Below are positions 1-12,972 of a DNA stretch of 64,000 bases, piece by piece. The position numbers and the translations under genes are program-made. The stretch is taken from NCBI RefSeq assembly GCF_964213995.1, contig NC_135825.1:12772001-12836000 (forward strand). The letters are read 5' to 3'. Source of the DNA: Mustelus asterias (taxonomy: Eukaryota). The notes below the pieces were generated by a model, which saw only the letters and a program-made list of their open reading frames with translations, had not been told where the DNA came from and made no database searches. The stretch's first letter is position 1, and each line of letters begins with the position of its first letter.

Positions 1-295
1 TTTAACAACTAAGCTAATCCCAATTGCCCAAGTTTGGCCCATATCCTATCTAAATGTTTTTTAAAAGACAAAATTGTACCCGCCTCTATTACTACCTCTG
101 GCAGCTTGTTCCAGACACTCACCACCGTCTGTGTGAAACATTTGCACCTCTGGGCCCTTTTGTATCTCTCCCCTTTCACCTTAAACCTATGCCTTCTAAT
201 TTTGGACTCCCCGACCTTTGGGAAAAGATGTTGACTATCTAGCTGACCTATGCCCTCATTATTTTATAGACCTCTATAAGATCACCCCTAAGCCT
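1..295 (-). mobile_element. CR1 LINE 3' fragment
   Basis: Reverse complement of the CR1 ORF2 C-terminus and 3' UTR, homologous to the other copies in the window. Confidence 0.8.
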
Positions 296-961
296 CACTA
301 TTGTAAGACTGGCAGGAACCTAACTTACTTCTTCACTTAAACCATTCGTTAATTGCGAAACGCAAACAAAAACTAAACCACAGAGAGAGATTAACCCTTT
401 AGTGACCTCTGTGAGCACCAGGATCGTATTTTACAAGGAGTGGTTATTGGGACAGAGAATACCTAATGAGATTGAAATTATCCTGAGAGCCATTGGTGCA
501 GAACAGAGGCTGGACATTGGTTTCCCTCGCTGAGCAAGCCCACATCGTCTAGAGGTGTGCAGGCCCACAGTTTTATACCGACCAGGCCACTCCCTCCGCC
601 TGTAATTGTCCATGGGCTCAGAAATGGGCAGACTGAGAAAGAATGAAGGGATTCATTTTTTCTTCTCAAGTTTCTTTTCATATTTCCCATTGCGACAAAG
701 TCTGTAAATAAGGAATCTTCTGATTTGGTGGAATCTGGTCCCACAAGAAGCTCACAGCAGATAATCAGAGGGCTGCCTGTTGGGGAAATTGGGGACAAAA
801 ACTGTGGCCTCAATTTTTCGCCAATCGGACTCGCTGGGGCTGGAGGTGGGCGTAAGACATGTTCTCAGCTGCAGTCAACGCCATTTCACATTGGTTGGCC
901 AATTAAGAGTCAGCCAGTGTGAAACACGCACGTGAAAATGCCACAGCCCTGACGGGGAGGG

Positions 962-2213
962 CATAGAACATAGAACATAGAACATAGAACATTACAGCGC
1001 AGAACAGGCCCTTCGGCCCACGATGTTGCACCGACCAGTTAAAAAAAAAAACTGTGACCCTCCAACCTAAACCAATTTCTTTTCGTCCATGAACCTATCA
1101 ACGGATCTCTTAAACGCCCCCAAACTAGGCGCATTTACTACTGATGCTGGCAGGGCATTCCAATCCCTCACCACCCTCTGGGTAAAGAACCTACCCCTGA
1201 CATCGGTTCTATAACTACCCCCCCTCAATTTAAAGCCATGCCCCCTCGTCCTGGATTTCTCCATCAGAGGAAAAAGGCTATCACTATCCACCCTATCTAA
1301 ACCTCTAATCATCTTATATGTTTCAATAAGATCCCCTCTTAGCCGCCGCCTTTCCAGCGAAAACAATCCCAAATCCCTCAGCCTCTCCTCATAGGATCTC
1401 CCCTCCATACCAGGCAACATCCTGGTAAACCTCCTCTGCACCCTCTCCAAAGCCTCCACATCCTTCCTGTAATGTGGGGACCAGAACTGCACACAGTACT
1501 CCAAGTGCGGCCGCACCAGAGTTGTGTACAGTTGCAACATAACGCTATGACTCCTAAATTCAATCCCCCTACCAATAAACGCCAAGACACCATATGCCTT
1601 CTTAACAACCTTATCTACTTGATTCCCAACTTTCAGGGATCTATGCACACATACACCTAGATCCCTCTGCTCCTCCACACTATTCAAAGTCCTCCCGTTA
1701 GCCCTATACTCAACACATCTGTTATTCCTACCAAAGTGAATTACCTCACACTTCTCCGCATTAAACTCCATCCGCCACCTCTCGGCCCAACTTTGCAACC
1801 TGTCTAAGTCTTCCTGCAAACTACGACACCCTTCCTCACTGTCTACCACACCACCGACTTTGGTGTCATCAGCAAATTTGCTAATCCACCCAACTATACC
1901 CTCATCCAGATCATTAATAAATATTACAAACAGCAGTGGCCCCAAAACAGATCCCTGAGGTACACCACTTGTAACCGCACTCCATGATGAATATTTACTA
2001 TCAACCACCACCCTCTGTTTCCTATCCGCTAGCCAATTCCTGATCCAATTTCCTAGATCACCCCCAATCCCATACATCTGCATTTTCTGCAGAAGCCTAC
2101 CATGGTGAACCTTATCAAACGCCTTACTAAAATCCATATATACCACGTCCACTGCCTTGCCCCCATCCACCTCCTTGGTCACTTTCTCAAAAAACTCAAT
2201 AAGGTTAGTAAGG
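962..2213 (-). mobile_element. Young 5'-truncated CR1 LINE (RT, 371-aa ORF)
   Basis: [17 protein letters not shown] and KFADD motifs; (TTCTATG)n 3' tail at 962-990. Confidence 0.97.
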
Positions 2214-2550
2214 CAGGAAGAAGGCAGGAGCTGATAACGGGGACGATGCAGGCTGGTGCTTCCAATGCGCTCCCTCAGGGGGATGGCCGGTGTGGAGTTG
2301 CTTCAGGGAGCTGCAGACCTGTGAAAAATAAATAGCCATGGAAAGACTATGCAAGGAGTGTCTGGTCAGCACATTCAAACACAATGTGCAGATTAAAGTC
2401 ACCCATGATTAGTGCCGTACCATTCTTCCAAGCCCCCAGTACTTCCTGGTTTATACTGTGCTCCACTGAGGAACTACTGCTTGGGACCTATAGATTACTC
2501 CTACCACGTACTTCTTCCCTTTGCTATTCCACATCTTGATCTCCGGTCCT

Positions 2551-3910
2551 TTCTCATCCAGCACTGATCCCTTTCTTCACCAGAAAAGCTACTCCACCTC
2601 CTTTTCCTTTCAGTCTATCTTTCCGAAATGCTGAGTACCCTTGGATATTCAATTCCCAGACCTGCTCTCCTTGTAACCATGTCTCAGTAATCGCCACCAA
2701 ATCATACCCGTCTGCTTCTATTTCCACCATTAACTCATTAATTTTGTTCCGAGTGCTTTGTGCGTTTAGATACAAAGCTTTTAAATTTGTTCTACTGGTA
2801 AACTTCCCTGCTCTTTTATAATTCCTTGGTGCATAAAGACTTTCACTCGTTCCGTCCCTCACTTTTATTGTCTGGTAACCATCCGCCACATCGCTAACCT
2901 GCACTCTTACCTCCTCCTTTAATTTGGGTTTTCTAATTTCCTCGACAAGTGAACCCTCCCCCCACCATTCAGTTTAAAGCCCTATTTACAGCCCGAGTTA
3001 TGTGGTTCACTCGGACTCTGGTCCCTGCATGATTCAGATGAAGACTGTCCCATCGAAACAGGTCCCTTCTTCCCCAATACTGGTGCCAATGTCCCATTAA
3101 CTCAAACCCATTTCTCCCACACCAATCTTTAAGCCATGCATTTACCTGCTAATTGGACCCTGCGTCAATTTGGTCATTGCTCAGGTAGTAATCCAGAGAT
3201 TAGTACCTTTTTGGTTCTGCTTTTTAATTTAGCTCCGAGCTGTTTATACTCCCTTAGCAGAACCTCTGCCCTTGTTTTGTCTCTGTCATTTGTGCCCACG
3301 CGGACCACAACAATTGGATCTTTACCCTCCCCACTCCAAGTTCCTCCGCAGCCCAGATGAGATATCCCAAACCCAAGCATCAGGGAGGCAACACAACCTT
3401 CGGGACTCTTGATCCTGGTCACAGAGAACAGTGTCAATGCCCTGAACTATAATATCCCCAATTGCAACTACATTTAATTTCTCTCCCCCCAACTTGAATG
3501 GCTCCCTGCACCAAAGTGTTCCGCTCAGTTGGCTCACCCTCCCTGCAGCCCCCGTTCCCATCCACACAGGGAGCAAGAATCTGGAACCTGTTGGATAAGT
3601 ACAAGGGCTGAGGCTCCTGCAACCCGCCCTCCTGGATCCCTCTACCTCCCTCACTCACAGCCACGCTCTTCTGTCCCTGACCGCTGGCTGAATTCAAGTG
3701 AGTTTGTCTAAGGGGTGTGACTGCCTCCTGAAACACGGCATCCAGGTAACTCTCCCCCTTCCTGATGTGTTGCAGCATCCGAAGCTCAGAATCCAGCTCA
3801 TCAACGCTGAGTCGGAGTTCCTCCAGCAACCAACATTTCCTATGGATGTGGTCACTGGGAACCAGCTCCCACATCATGCAGGAACAACACATCACCTGAC
3901 CCTCCATCCG
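2551..3910 (-). mobile_element. Degraded CR1 5' region (ORF1 zinc finger/esterase plus start of APE endonuclease)
   Basis: VMCCSCMMWE..HIHRKC; VVVRVGTND (SGNH esterase-like); LYLNAQS...DLVAITETW; frameshifted. Confidence 0.88.
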
Positions 3911-4631
3911 TATTTTATTTAATTAGTTTTGAATTTGTGTTTTTTAAAATGTTTTAACTGTTTTCATATCTCTGCTTATTATCTCAATCTGAATGCAACT
4001 TATAACCGGCAATTTAACACAGATTCAAATTTAGCAGATTCCCGATTAGCTAATCAAATCACAGCCTTACTCTGAAGTTACTTTTCAGTTCCCCCCAGCT
4101 GAAACACTCAGAATCAGATTCCCTTACCGTCTCAGGTTATTCTCCGGCTCGCTCCCACTCTGTCCACTCCTGAAGTCAGGCCCACCACTTACCTGCCGGC
4201 TGTGACGACACGGTTCGATTTCTTTTTACCTTTCTCTTGCCCTCGAGTCTCCCTCGCAGGTCCATATCTTGGCTCCACCCAAAGACAAGTGCCTCTTTCC
4301 CCTCTGTGCCGAATTCCCACTCAGCTCCAAATTCCCGATACCCTCACTCTGGCTGAAATCTCACTCAGGCTGCAGTCTCTCTCCCACTGGCGTGCGCAGG
4401 CTCAGTGGTATCCGTAGTGAGCAACATAAAATTCTGGCCTGTGTCTGTGCAGTGCTTTGAAGGCATGTTGGTGAAATGAAGCAGCACAAGGAATTTGATC
4501 TTAACAATGTAATTTGATCCATCATTGCAAAGGAGATTGTTACAACAATGAAATGGGACTTTTTACTTGGTTGTTATTTAGTTGATTCAGATCGAGCTGT
4601 TAATAACCTTTCCTCATTAACATCCCCATAG

Positions 4632-4961
4632 GTTCATGTCAATTAACTGGACCCAAGGAGGTTAGTGGCCAATTAGGAGGATCAGTCACTGTGAAATGTC
4701 AGTATGATCTGAAATACAAGGACCATGTTAAACAATGGTGCAAAGGTAATTATTACTACCTGGTTAAATGTCCTGTTGTGGTTTCTACTAAAAAGCCGGA
4801 AGAAGGAAGAATATCACTGACTGATAACAAAACACAAGGGATATTTTCAATAACCATGGATAACCTAATGAAGAGTGATGAAGGGCAATATACCTGTGTG
4901 ATAGAAACACCAACATTTGAATATAATCAACGGATTTCTATTGATTTGAAAGTTTCTCAAG
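4632..4961 (+). CDS. Gene 1 (CD300/pIgR-like inhibitory receptor): Ig V-domain exon
   Basis: Acceptor cccatag|, donor G|gtaaga, phase 1-1, 330 nt open. Translates SCQLTGPKEVSGQLGGSVTVKCQY...KQWCKG...KCPVVVS...GRISLTDNKTQGIFSITMDNLMKSDEGQYTC...DLKVSQ: B/F-strand Cys plus the extra WC..C pair typical of CD300/pIgR/TREM V domains. Confidence 0.93.
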
Positions 4962-5439
4962 GTAAGATGCAAACGTATTTCTATTTAATTTATTCTGCCT
5001 CAATTTAAACATTTTGAAATCAGAAATCCCACCTGTCCAATCAGCGGGCCAGCTTAACCTTGGCAGTGTCACCAATTCCCATGGCCACTGCTGAGGCTAC
5101 AGGGGGAAGGTGAAGGGACTCCATGCTGAGGCCCCATCAAAGAAAACATATTTTTTTAAACCGAGCTGGGGCCTGGTGGGCAGGCCTCAGTAACCCGGGG
5201 CATGCACACTCCATCAGGAACACCCTAGCACGGAGGGGATCATTACTGATTGGTGGGCATCTCCACGGGCCATCTGCAGCCACAGAGGAGGCCTCCCCTT
5301 CCAGTGAAACAACTGGGACAGCAGCCAGGGTTTATCCGGAAGTCTCAACATGTGTTAGCAGCTGCTTCCAATGCCAGAAAATTGCTGATTGCAGCAGTGG
5401 ACAATTAATTGGTTTAATTGCAGAGAGGCCGTGGCACAG

Positions 5440-6330
5440 TTGGAATCTCACTGGAGCAGGCAAACAAAGGGGGTCGTCCGACCTGGCTGTCTGCCCCTCT
5501 ACTACGGTTACATTTGTGGCTGGTTGTCCCTGGACAGGAGCATGCAGTGTCCACAGACACTTCGAGGCCTTCCGTGCTGGTTGGGCACCGCAGGGACTGG
5601 GGTGCCTGATTGACCCCTTTAATCACATTTTAATTTGATGTTTTAAGTTTCATTTGTGCTTTGTTTTTGTTGGATTTAGGATCGCTCTAAGGTGCTGCCC
5701 TTTTGACTTTCTCCCTCAGTTCGTTTGATTTGGTTTAATTGGTTTATACAAAAGAGTTGCAATCACATTGGAGGTTCCCAGTGGAGGTCTCTCTATGGAG
5801 CAGTCCTCCCTTATCATTGGGGACCTGAGGTGGAGGGTGCCGCATGTCGCAGACCCACACAACCTTAGATTGCATCGGTTCATGGATTCCCAAGATGCTT
5901 GTCCTTTGTGTGGCCTTGAGGACCATGCATATATAGGATGCGTTAGACTGCATTTCCTTTTTAGTTATTTAAAATATCTTCTGTTACAGTTTTGTTTGCA
6001 CTTCAGCCCCACGCTCCTGATCGACAGGCACCCGGTGCGGGGAGGGGCAGGGAAGGAGGAGGACCTCCTCATGAACCTGCTCCTGGGCCTGGCCAAACTT
6101 GCCCACAACAGGTCCAGGCAGCAAGCAACAAAGGGGGTCATCCGACCTGACTGCCGCTTAACTGCGGCTACATTCACGGCTGGGTGTCCCTGGAGAGTGA
6201 GCATGCAGTGATCAGGGGCACCATCAAGACCTTCCATGCCCGTTGGGCACCATGGGGACTGGGGTGCCTCATTGACCCTTTAATTACATTTCAGTTTGAT
6301 GTTTTAAGTTACATTTGTGTTTTGTTTTCG
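5440..6330 (+). mobile_element. L1/Tx1-like LINE 3' fragments (two partial copies)
   Basis: CPLCG..H..C knuckle followed by FSPTLLI...DLLMNLLLGLAKLA; the 3' segment is repeated at 5460-5660 and 6110-6330. Confidence 0.65.
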
Positions 6331-6639
6331 TTTAAGGCACTGCGGTGACACAGTGGTTAGCACTTTACTTTACTTTACTTTACCCCTTTAAGGGACTGAC
6401 ACTTTTACTTTGTCCATCAGTTCATTTAAATCAATTAAATTGTTCTATACAAAAGGGTTAGAATCTCGCTGAGCTGGCAATCCAGTGGCCCAGAATATTG
6501 CCCTGGAACTATGGGTTCAAATCAAACCACAGCAGCTGATACAATTTAAACTCAATTAATAAATCTGGAATATAAATCTAGTCTCAATAATGGTGACCAT
6601 GACAACTCTCATCAAATGGTGCAAAATCCCATCTGGTTC

Positions 6640-7095
6640 ATAGAATCAGACAGTGCAGAAGAGACCCTTTGGCCCATCGATTCTGTATCGACACGTGAGA
6701 AACACCTGACTTCCCACCTAATCCCATCTGCCAGCATTGGGCCCATAGCCCTGAATGTGCAAAATCCAGGTACATTTTAAAAGATGTGAGGCAACCCACC
6801 TCTACCATCCTCCCAGGAAGCACATTCCAGACTATCACCACCCTCTGGTGGTTTTTTTCTCACATCCCACCTAAACCTCCTGTCCCTCACCTTGAACTTG
6901 GTCCCCTCGTGACTGACCCTTCAACTGAGGGGAACAGCTTCTCCCTATCCACTCTGTCCACGTCCCTCATAATTTTGTACGCCTCGATCAGGTCACCCTC
7001 TCAGTCTTCTCTTCTCCAAGGAAAACAACCCAAGCCTATCCAACCTCTCATCATAACTTAGATATTCCATCCCAGGCAGCATCCTGGTGAACTTC
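6640..7095 (-). mobile_element. CR1 3' fragment
   Basis: Degraded WNVLPG.MVE..LTSFK motif and CR1 tail. Confidence 0.75.
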
Positions 7096-7504
7096 TGGTT
7101 CATTGCCACCCTTACATATTACTCCAAAACCACAGCAATGTGGTTGACTCCTAACTGCTCTCTGGAGTGGCCCAGCAAGCCATTCAGTTCAAGGGCAATT
7201 AGGAATGGACAACAGAAAACTGACCTTTCCCCTGACACCCACATACCGAAAAAGAATTTGAAAAACCTGCCACCTTTTTTTTATCCATTTGTTCTACATG
7301 GGCGTCACTGTCTGGCCAGCATTTATTGCCCATCCCTAGTTGCCTGAGGGCAGTTGAGAGTCAACCATATTGCTGTGGCTCTGATTTTGGTGAAGGGTCT
7401 TCTGCCTCCGAAGACTTATTACAGGCCAGACCAGGTAAAGAGAGCAGATTTCCTAAGGACATTAGTGAACCAGATTGGTTCTTCCAATAATTGACAATGG
7501 TTTC

Positions 7505-9370
7505 ATAAGAACATAAGAACTAGGAGCAGGAGTAGGCCATCTGGCCCCTCGAGTCTGCCCTGCCATTCAATCAGATCATGGCTGATCTTTTCGTGGACTC
7601 AGATCCCTTACCCGCTCACTCACCATAACCCTTAATTCCTTTACTGTTCAAAAATTTATCCATCTTGCCTTAAAAACATTCAATGCTTCACTGGGCAGGG
7701 AATTCCACAGATTCACACTTTGCTCTGCCACCCACCTTAGTATTATCTGTGAATTTTGACACACTACACTTGGTCCCCAACTCCAAATCATCGATGTAAA
7801 TCGTAAACAATTGCGGTCCCAACACTGAAGAAGTTCCTCCTCAACTCAGTCCTAAAACTGCTTCCCCTTATTTTGAGGCTATGTCCCCGAGTTCTAGTTT
7901 CACCCACCAGTGGAAACAACTTCCCCGCTTCTATCTTATCTATTCCCTTCATAATCTTATATATTGCTATAAGTTTTCTCCTCATTCTTCTGAATTCCAA
8001 TGAGTATAGCCCCAAGCTACTCAGTCTCTCCTCATAAGCCAACCCTCTCAACTCTGGAATCAACCTAGTGAATCTCCTCTGCACCCCCTCCAGTGCCAGT
8101 ATATCCTTTCTCAAGTAAGGAGACCAAAACTGTACACAGTACTCCAGCGTGGCCTCACCAGCGCCTTATACAGCTGCAACATGACCTCGCTGTTTTTAAA
8201 CTCCATCCCTCTAGCAATGAAGGACAAAATTCCATTTGCCTTTTTAATTACCTGCTGCACCTGCAAACCAATTCCTTGAGATTTCTACATAAGGACATCC
8301 AGGTCCCTCTGTACAGCAGCAAGCTGCAATTTTTTACCATTCAAATAATAGTCCATTTTGCTGTTATTCCTACCAAGATAGATGACCTCACATTTACCAA
8401 CATTGTACTCCATCTGCCAGACACTAGCCCACTCACTTAGATTATCTATATCCCTTTGCAGACTTTCAGCATCCTCTGCACACTTTGCTCTGCCACCTAT
8501 CTTAGTGTTATCTGCGAATTTTGACACACTACACTTGGTCCCCAACTCCAAATCATCTATGTAAATCGTAAACAATTGCAGTCCCAACACTGATCCCTGA
8601 GGCACGCCACTAGTCACTGATTGCCAACCAGAAAAACACCCATTTACCCCCAATCTTTGCTTTCTGTTAGTTAACCAATCTTCTATCTATGCTAATACAT
8701 TACCCGTAACACTGTGCACCTTTATCTTATGTAGCAGTCTTTGGTGCGGCACCTTGTCAAATGCCTCCTGGAAATCCAGATATACCACATCCACAGGTTC
8801 CCCATTGTCCACTGCACATGTAATGTTCTCAAAGAATTCCATCAAATTAGTCAAACATGACCTTCCCTTCATGAACCCATGCTGCGTCTTACCAATGAGA
8901 CAATTTATATCCAGATGTCTTAATATTTCTTCTTTGATGATAGATTCAAGCATTTTCCCTACTACAGAAGTTAAGCTAACCGGCCTATAGTTACCCGCCT
9001 TTTGTCTACCTCCCTTTTTAAACAGTGGCATCACATTTGCTGTTTTCCAATCTGCGGGAACTACCCCAGAGTCCAGCGAATTTTGGTAAATTACCACTAG
9101 TGCATTTGCTATTTCTCCCGCCATCTCTTTCAGTACCCTGGGATGCATTCCATCAGGACCAGGAGACTTGTCTAACTTTAGCCCTATTAACTTGCTCAAC
9201 ACCAACTCTTTCGTGATAATGATGATTTCTAGGTTCTCACCTGCCATAGCCTTCCTGTCATCAATATTTGTGTCTTCCACTGTGAAGACCGACACAAAAT
9301 ATCCATTCAATGCCTCAGCCATTTCCTCTTCTCATTTCCAGTTATTACATTCCCCTTCTCATCCTCTAAA
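7505..9370 (-). mobile_element. CR1 ORF2 fragment (RT), disrupted
   Basis: ORFs 8687-9322, 8285-8653 and 7788-8114 ([24 protein letters not shown]). About 100 bp of 8480-8590 is re-inserted at about 7720-7826. Confidence 0.95.
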
Positions 9371-9715
9371 GGTTCATGGTCATCATTAGATTATAATTCC
9401 AGATTTTTTTTATTGAATTCAAATTCTGCCTTCTGCCGTGGCGGGATTCAAACCTGGCTCCCCAGAATATTAGCTGACTTTCTGGATTAATAGTCTCGCG
9501 ATAATCCCATTGGGCCATCGCCTCCCCTAAACTGGAGGTAGATGGCTGTGTTACTGAGGTTGCTGCCACTGACAATGGCATGTGGCATCAGGAATACATT
9601 GGGTGACCCTCTTGTCACCTCCCACTACCATTGCCCAAGTCTTCCTGCCTCCCAATCCACCATATACACAAAGTACTTTTAATAATAAAATGTTCAACAA
9701 GTTCCTCTCTTTTAG

Positions 9716-9851
9716 GCCAACCACAAAGTTCAACAATAAGCCCGACCACCAGCGCAACAGGAAATACCAAGGCTTCTGTCAACACAACAGGAAATACCAA
9801 GGCTTCTGTTATCACAACTCTCACCATTTCACCCATCCACTTACCCCACAG
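9716..9851 (+). CDS. Gene 1: Ser/Thr/Pro-rich (mucin-like) stalk exon
   Basis: Acceptor ctcttttag|, donor AG|gtaagt, phase 1 to 2. Encodes GQPQSSTISPTTSATGNTKASVNTTGNTKASVITTLTISPIHLPH; phases join the V exon and the TM exon. Confidence 0.85.
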
Positions 9852-10901
9852 GTAAGTTCTGCAAAAACTGAAGTCAGTATATGTGTACATACTATCTGTG
9901 ATGGTCCACAGAACATTCTTAAGGAGAACTCCTATTCAACTGGCTGCAAACTAGTGCTTCACGCTTCAATCAATATTAGTTGTCATTATTGAGATGAGCT
10001 CCAGCTTCATTTTCCAGATTTATTAATCGAATTCAAGTTCCACCAGCTGCTGTGATGGGAGTTGAATCCATATCTCCGCGGCTATATCCTGGGATTACTA
10101 GTCAACTATTGGCACTGAGTTTAGACCCACAGCCTCTGCTGCCTAGGCAGTACATGCATAGGATCATCATTTCTGACCTTACGTTGGAGGATAGTTCATT
10201 GATGAAGCAGATAGTTGGGCTTAGGACCTAAGGAACTCCTGCAGCAATGTCCTGGGACTCAGTTGACTGAGTTCAAAAAAAACAGCCATATTCCTTACTG
10301 CTGAACGTGACTTCAATCAGAGGAAGGTTTTCCCCCGATTCCCCGCTAAAATCAAAATCAATATTGTGCATCTTTACCATAAGTATGTAACCATTTTGCA
10401 AATATCTCACCAAGACCTTTTTAAAATGCTGAAATGAAGAGGCACGCATAATATATAAATTCACTGCCCTTAGGCGAAACTTAAAATAGATCCTTTTTTA
10501 GCTCTGACATGAAACAGATGATGTGGAGATGCCGGCGTTGGACTGGGGTGAACACAGTAAGAGTTTTAACAACACCAGGTTAAAGTCCAACAGGTTTATT
10601 TGGTAGCAAATACCATTAGCTTTCAGAGCGCTGCTCCTTCGTCAGATGGAGTGGAAATGTGCTCTCAAACAGGGCACAGAGACACAAAATCAGGTTACAG
10701 AATACTGATTAGAATGCGAATCCCTAGAGATCCCTGTAGAGATTCGCATTCTAATCAGTATTCTGTAACTTGATTTTGTGTCTCTGTGCACTGTTTGAGA
10801 GAGATGATGTGGAGATGCCGGCGTTGGACTGGGGTAAACACAGTAAGAAGTTTAACAACACCAGGTTAAAGTCCAACAGGTTTATTTGGTAGCAAAAGCC
10901 A

Positions 10902-10938
10902 CACAAGCTTTCGGAGCTGCAAGCCCCTTCTTCAGGTG
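10902..10938 (-). ncRNA. Minimal hammerhead ribozyme motif (PLE-borne)
   Basis: CAC-CUGAAGA-A-GGGGC(UUGCA)GCUCC-GAAA-GCUU-GUG. Confidence 0.68.
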
Positions 10939-11151
10939 AGTGGGAATTCTGTTCACAAACAGAGCATATAAAGACACAAACTCAATTTACATGAGTAATG
11001 GTTGGAATGCGAATACTTACAACTAATCAAGTCTTTAAGAAACAAAACAATGTGAGTGGAGAGAGCATCAAGACAGGCTAAAAAGATGTGTATTGTCTCC
11101 AGACAAGACAGCCAGTGAAACTCTGTGGGGGTTTGAGAGCACATTTCCACT

Positions 11152-11188
11152 CCATCTGACGAAGGAGCAGCGCTCCGAAAGCTAATGG
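11152..11188 (+). ncRNA. Minimal type I hammerhead ribozyme motif (PLE-borne)
   Basis: CCAU-CUGACGA-A-GGAGC(AGC)GCUCC-GAAA-GCUA-AUGG: core boxes, perfect 5-bp stem II, stem I CCAU/AUGG, palindromic AGCU stem III, UA cleavage site. Inverted copy at 10613-10649. Confidence 0.72.
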
Positions 11189-11660
11189 TATTTGCTACCA
11201 AATAAACCTGTTGGACTTTAACCTGGTGTTGTTAAACAGATGAACATGAATTGCTGATAACCCATCTTTTTCTTAAGATGATCAACTAAATAAAACTAAT
11301 TGAATTATATTTTTCCACCTTCCCTTTGCACGGTGCCATGTTGTGATGTCCTATATTTATCCTCTGTAGGATCTCCATGGGTTAATCTGCCAGGAAGAAC
11401 TATTGCAAAGCACACCAAAAGTAGGCTTCAGTATACCCTCATTTTCAGCATTTAATCTTCCTCAGAAGTGAATGGGGACAAGTTCAGGAAATGGAAAATA
11501 AGTGTTAGTCTGTGTATAATCAATCCCAGTCGCTGTCTGTAGTGGTCGATGGCAGAATTGCCCAACTCTCTCCATTCTGCATTGTCATTGTGTGCAGGCA
11601 AGTGTAACAGCATTCTGCGTGCGTGTGTGTGTTCCTATGTCCCAATAGACAGGAAGAGTG

Positions 11661-12066
11661 TGATGCACGTCAATCGAGCACAAGACACAAGGCTTCGGTA
11701 ACTGAAGGCTTTTATTGTCTAACAATGGAACTATTTGAACACGAGTACACCACTCCAGACTGGAGGGGTCCCGCCCGAGCAGAGGGTCTTATACCTCTCC
11801 CAGGAGGCGGGGCCCGACTGGGATGTGCCACAACAGCAACAACCACAGGTGTATTAATCCCACAGTGTAAACACCCTAGCCCAACAACAACATTATAACA
11901 ACCCCACAGTGTGAACACCCTAACCCAACAACAACATTAGAACAACCCCACAGTGTAAACACCCTAGCCCAACAACAACATTAGAACAACCCCACAGTGT
12001 GAACACCCTAACCCAACAACAACATTAGAACAACCCCACAGTGGTAACCAACGATGGTTCACCACA
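11661..12066 (-). mobile_element. Solo LTR (406 bp) with internal 44-bp minisatellite
   Basis: TG...CA termini, 5-bp TSD GAGTG (11656-11660 / 12067-12071), minus-strand TATAAG and AATAAA. Confidence 0.78.
11861..12042. repeat. 44-bp tandem repeat x4
   Basis: CACAGT anchors at 11861, 11905, 11949, 11993 and 12037; two variants alternate. Confidence 0.95.
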
Positions 12067-12232
12067 GAGTGGCCATTGCGACATCCAATTATTTGCATCC
12101 CAGATGTCAGCTTTTGAACAACCCTTGCTACTGTTGCAGGAAAAGGAATTTAGTAGGAACACATTAAATATTCAATCTTTGCACTGTATAGTTCCATGGG
12201 CATAGAGCTCTCTTAATGGCATCAGACAGTAT

Positions 12233-12575
12233 AGCGGCACGGTAGCACAGTGATGAGCACGGTGGCACAGTGGTTAGCACTGCTGCCTCACAGCATCAGG
12301 GACCCAGGTTCAATTCCAGCCACGGATGACTGTCTGTGCAGAATCTGCAGTTATCCCCGTGTCTGCGTGGGTTTCCTCCGGGTGCTCCGGTTTCCACCCA
12401 CAGTCCAAAGATGTGCAGGTTAGGTGGATTGGCCATGCTAAATTGTCCCTTTGCATCACAGGGACTAGAAGGGTAAATACGTGGGGTCAGGAGATAGGGC
12501 CTATATAGGATTGTCGTCGGTGCAGGCTTGATGGGCCGAATGGCCCCTTCTGTGCTGTAAGTATTGTATGATTCC
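12233..12575 (+). mobile_element. HE1-like V-SINE (CR1-type tail)
   Basis: tRNA-like A/B boxes, V-core GGGTTTCCTCCGGGTGCTCCGGTTTC, GGGCCGAATGGCC tail. Confidence 0.9.
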
Positions 12576-12664
12576 TTCCAAACTCTATCAGGCTGGAATA
12601 GAGCAGGAATGCTGGTCTGGACTAGTACAGCAACACTGTATTTCTCATTTATACGAGATCAGGT

Positions 12665-12890
12665 TGGAACAGAATCTGTGGAACTCGCTACCCCAAAGTG
12701 CAGTGGATGCTGGGACAGTGAGTAAATTTAAGGAGGAGTTAGACAGGTTTTTAATTGGTGATGGGTTGAAAGGTTATAGGGGAAAGGCAGGAAATTGGGG
12801 ATGAGGAGCATATCAGCCATGATCGAATGGTGGAATGGACTCGATGGGCCGAATGGCCTAATTCTGCTCCTATATCTTATGAACTTATGA
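12665..12890 (+). mobile_element. CR1 3' end
   Basis: NLWNSLPQSAVDAG..FKEELDRFL plus 3' UTR; similar copy at 22115-22357. Confidence 0.8.
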
Positions 12891-12972
12891 AGAATGAACT
12901 TAGGAGGAATGTTGTCTAATGATATCAGATCTGTCTGTCTCATGCCCCATATATCACAATTGTATTTTACAG

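Larger units (their letters stand above)
10522..11233. mobile_element. Nested Penelope-like (PLE) inverted-terminus insertions
   Basis: Outer inverted pair flanked by AAACAGATGA (10512-10521 / 11234-11243). An inner copy of a related subfamily (10802-11130) is flanked by GTTTGAGAG (10793-10801 / 11131-11139). Confidence 0.8.

Noticed and set aside
4380-4631. Leader exon for gene 1 (e.g. ATG GGA CTT TTT ACT TGG TTG TTA)
   Set aside because: Nearby ATG frames hit stops and lack a phase-1 donor; the hydrophobic frame at about 640-710 also lacks a start and donor. The leader probably lies upstream of the window.
11861-12042. CRISPR-like array
   Set aside because: Contiguous tandem units without unique spacers, in a eukaryotic LTR context.
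12240-12320. tRNA genes at SINE heads
   Set aside because: A/B boxes are followed by V-core and LINE-like tails, so these are SINEs rather than tRNAs.
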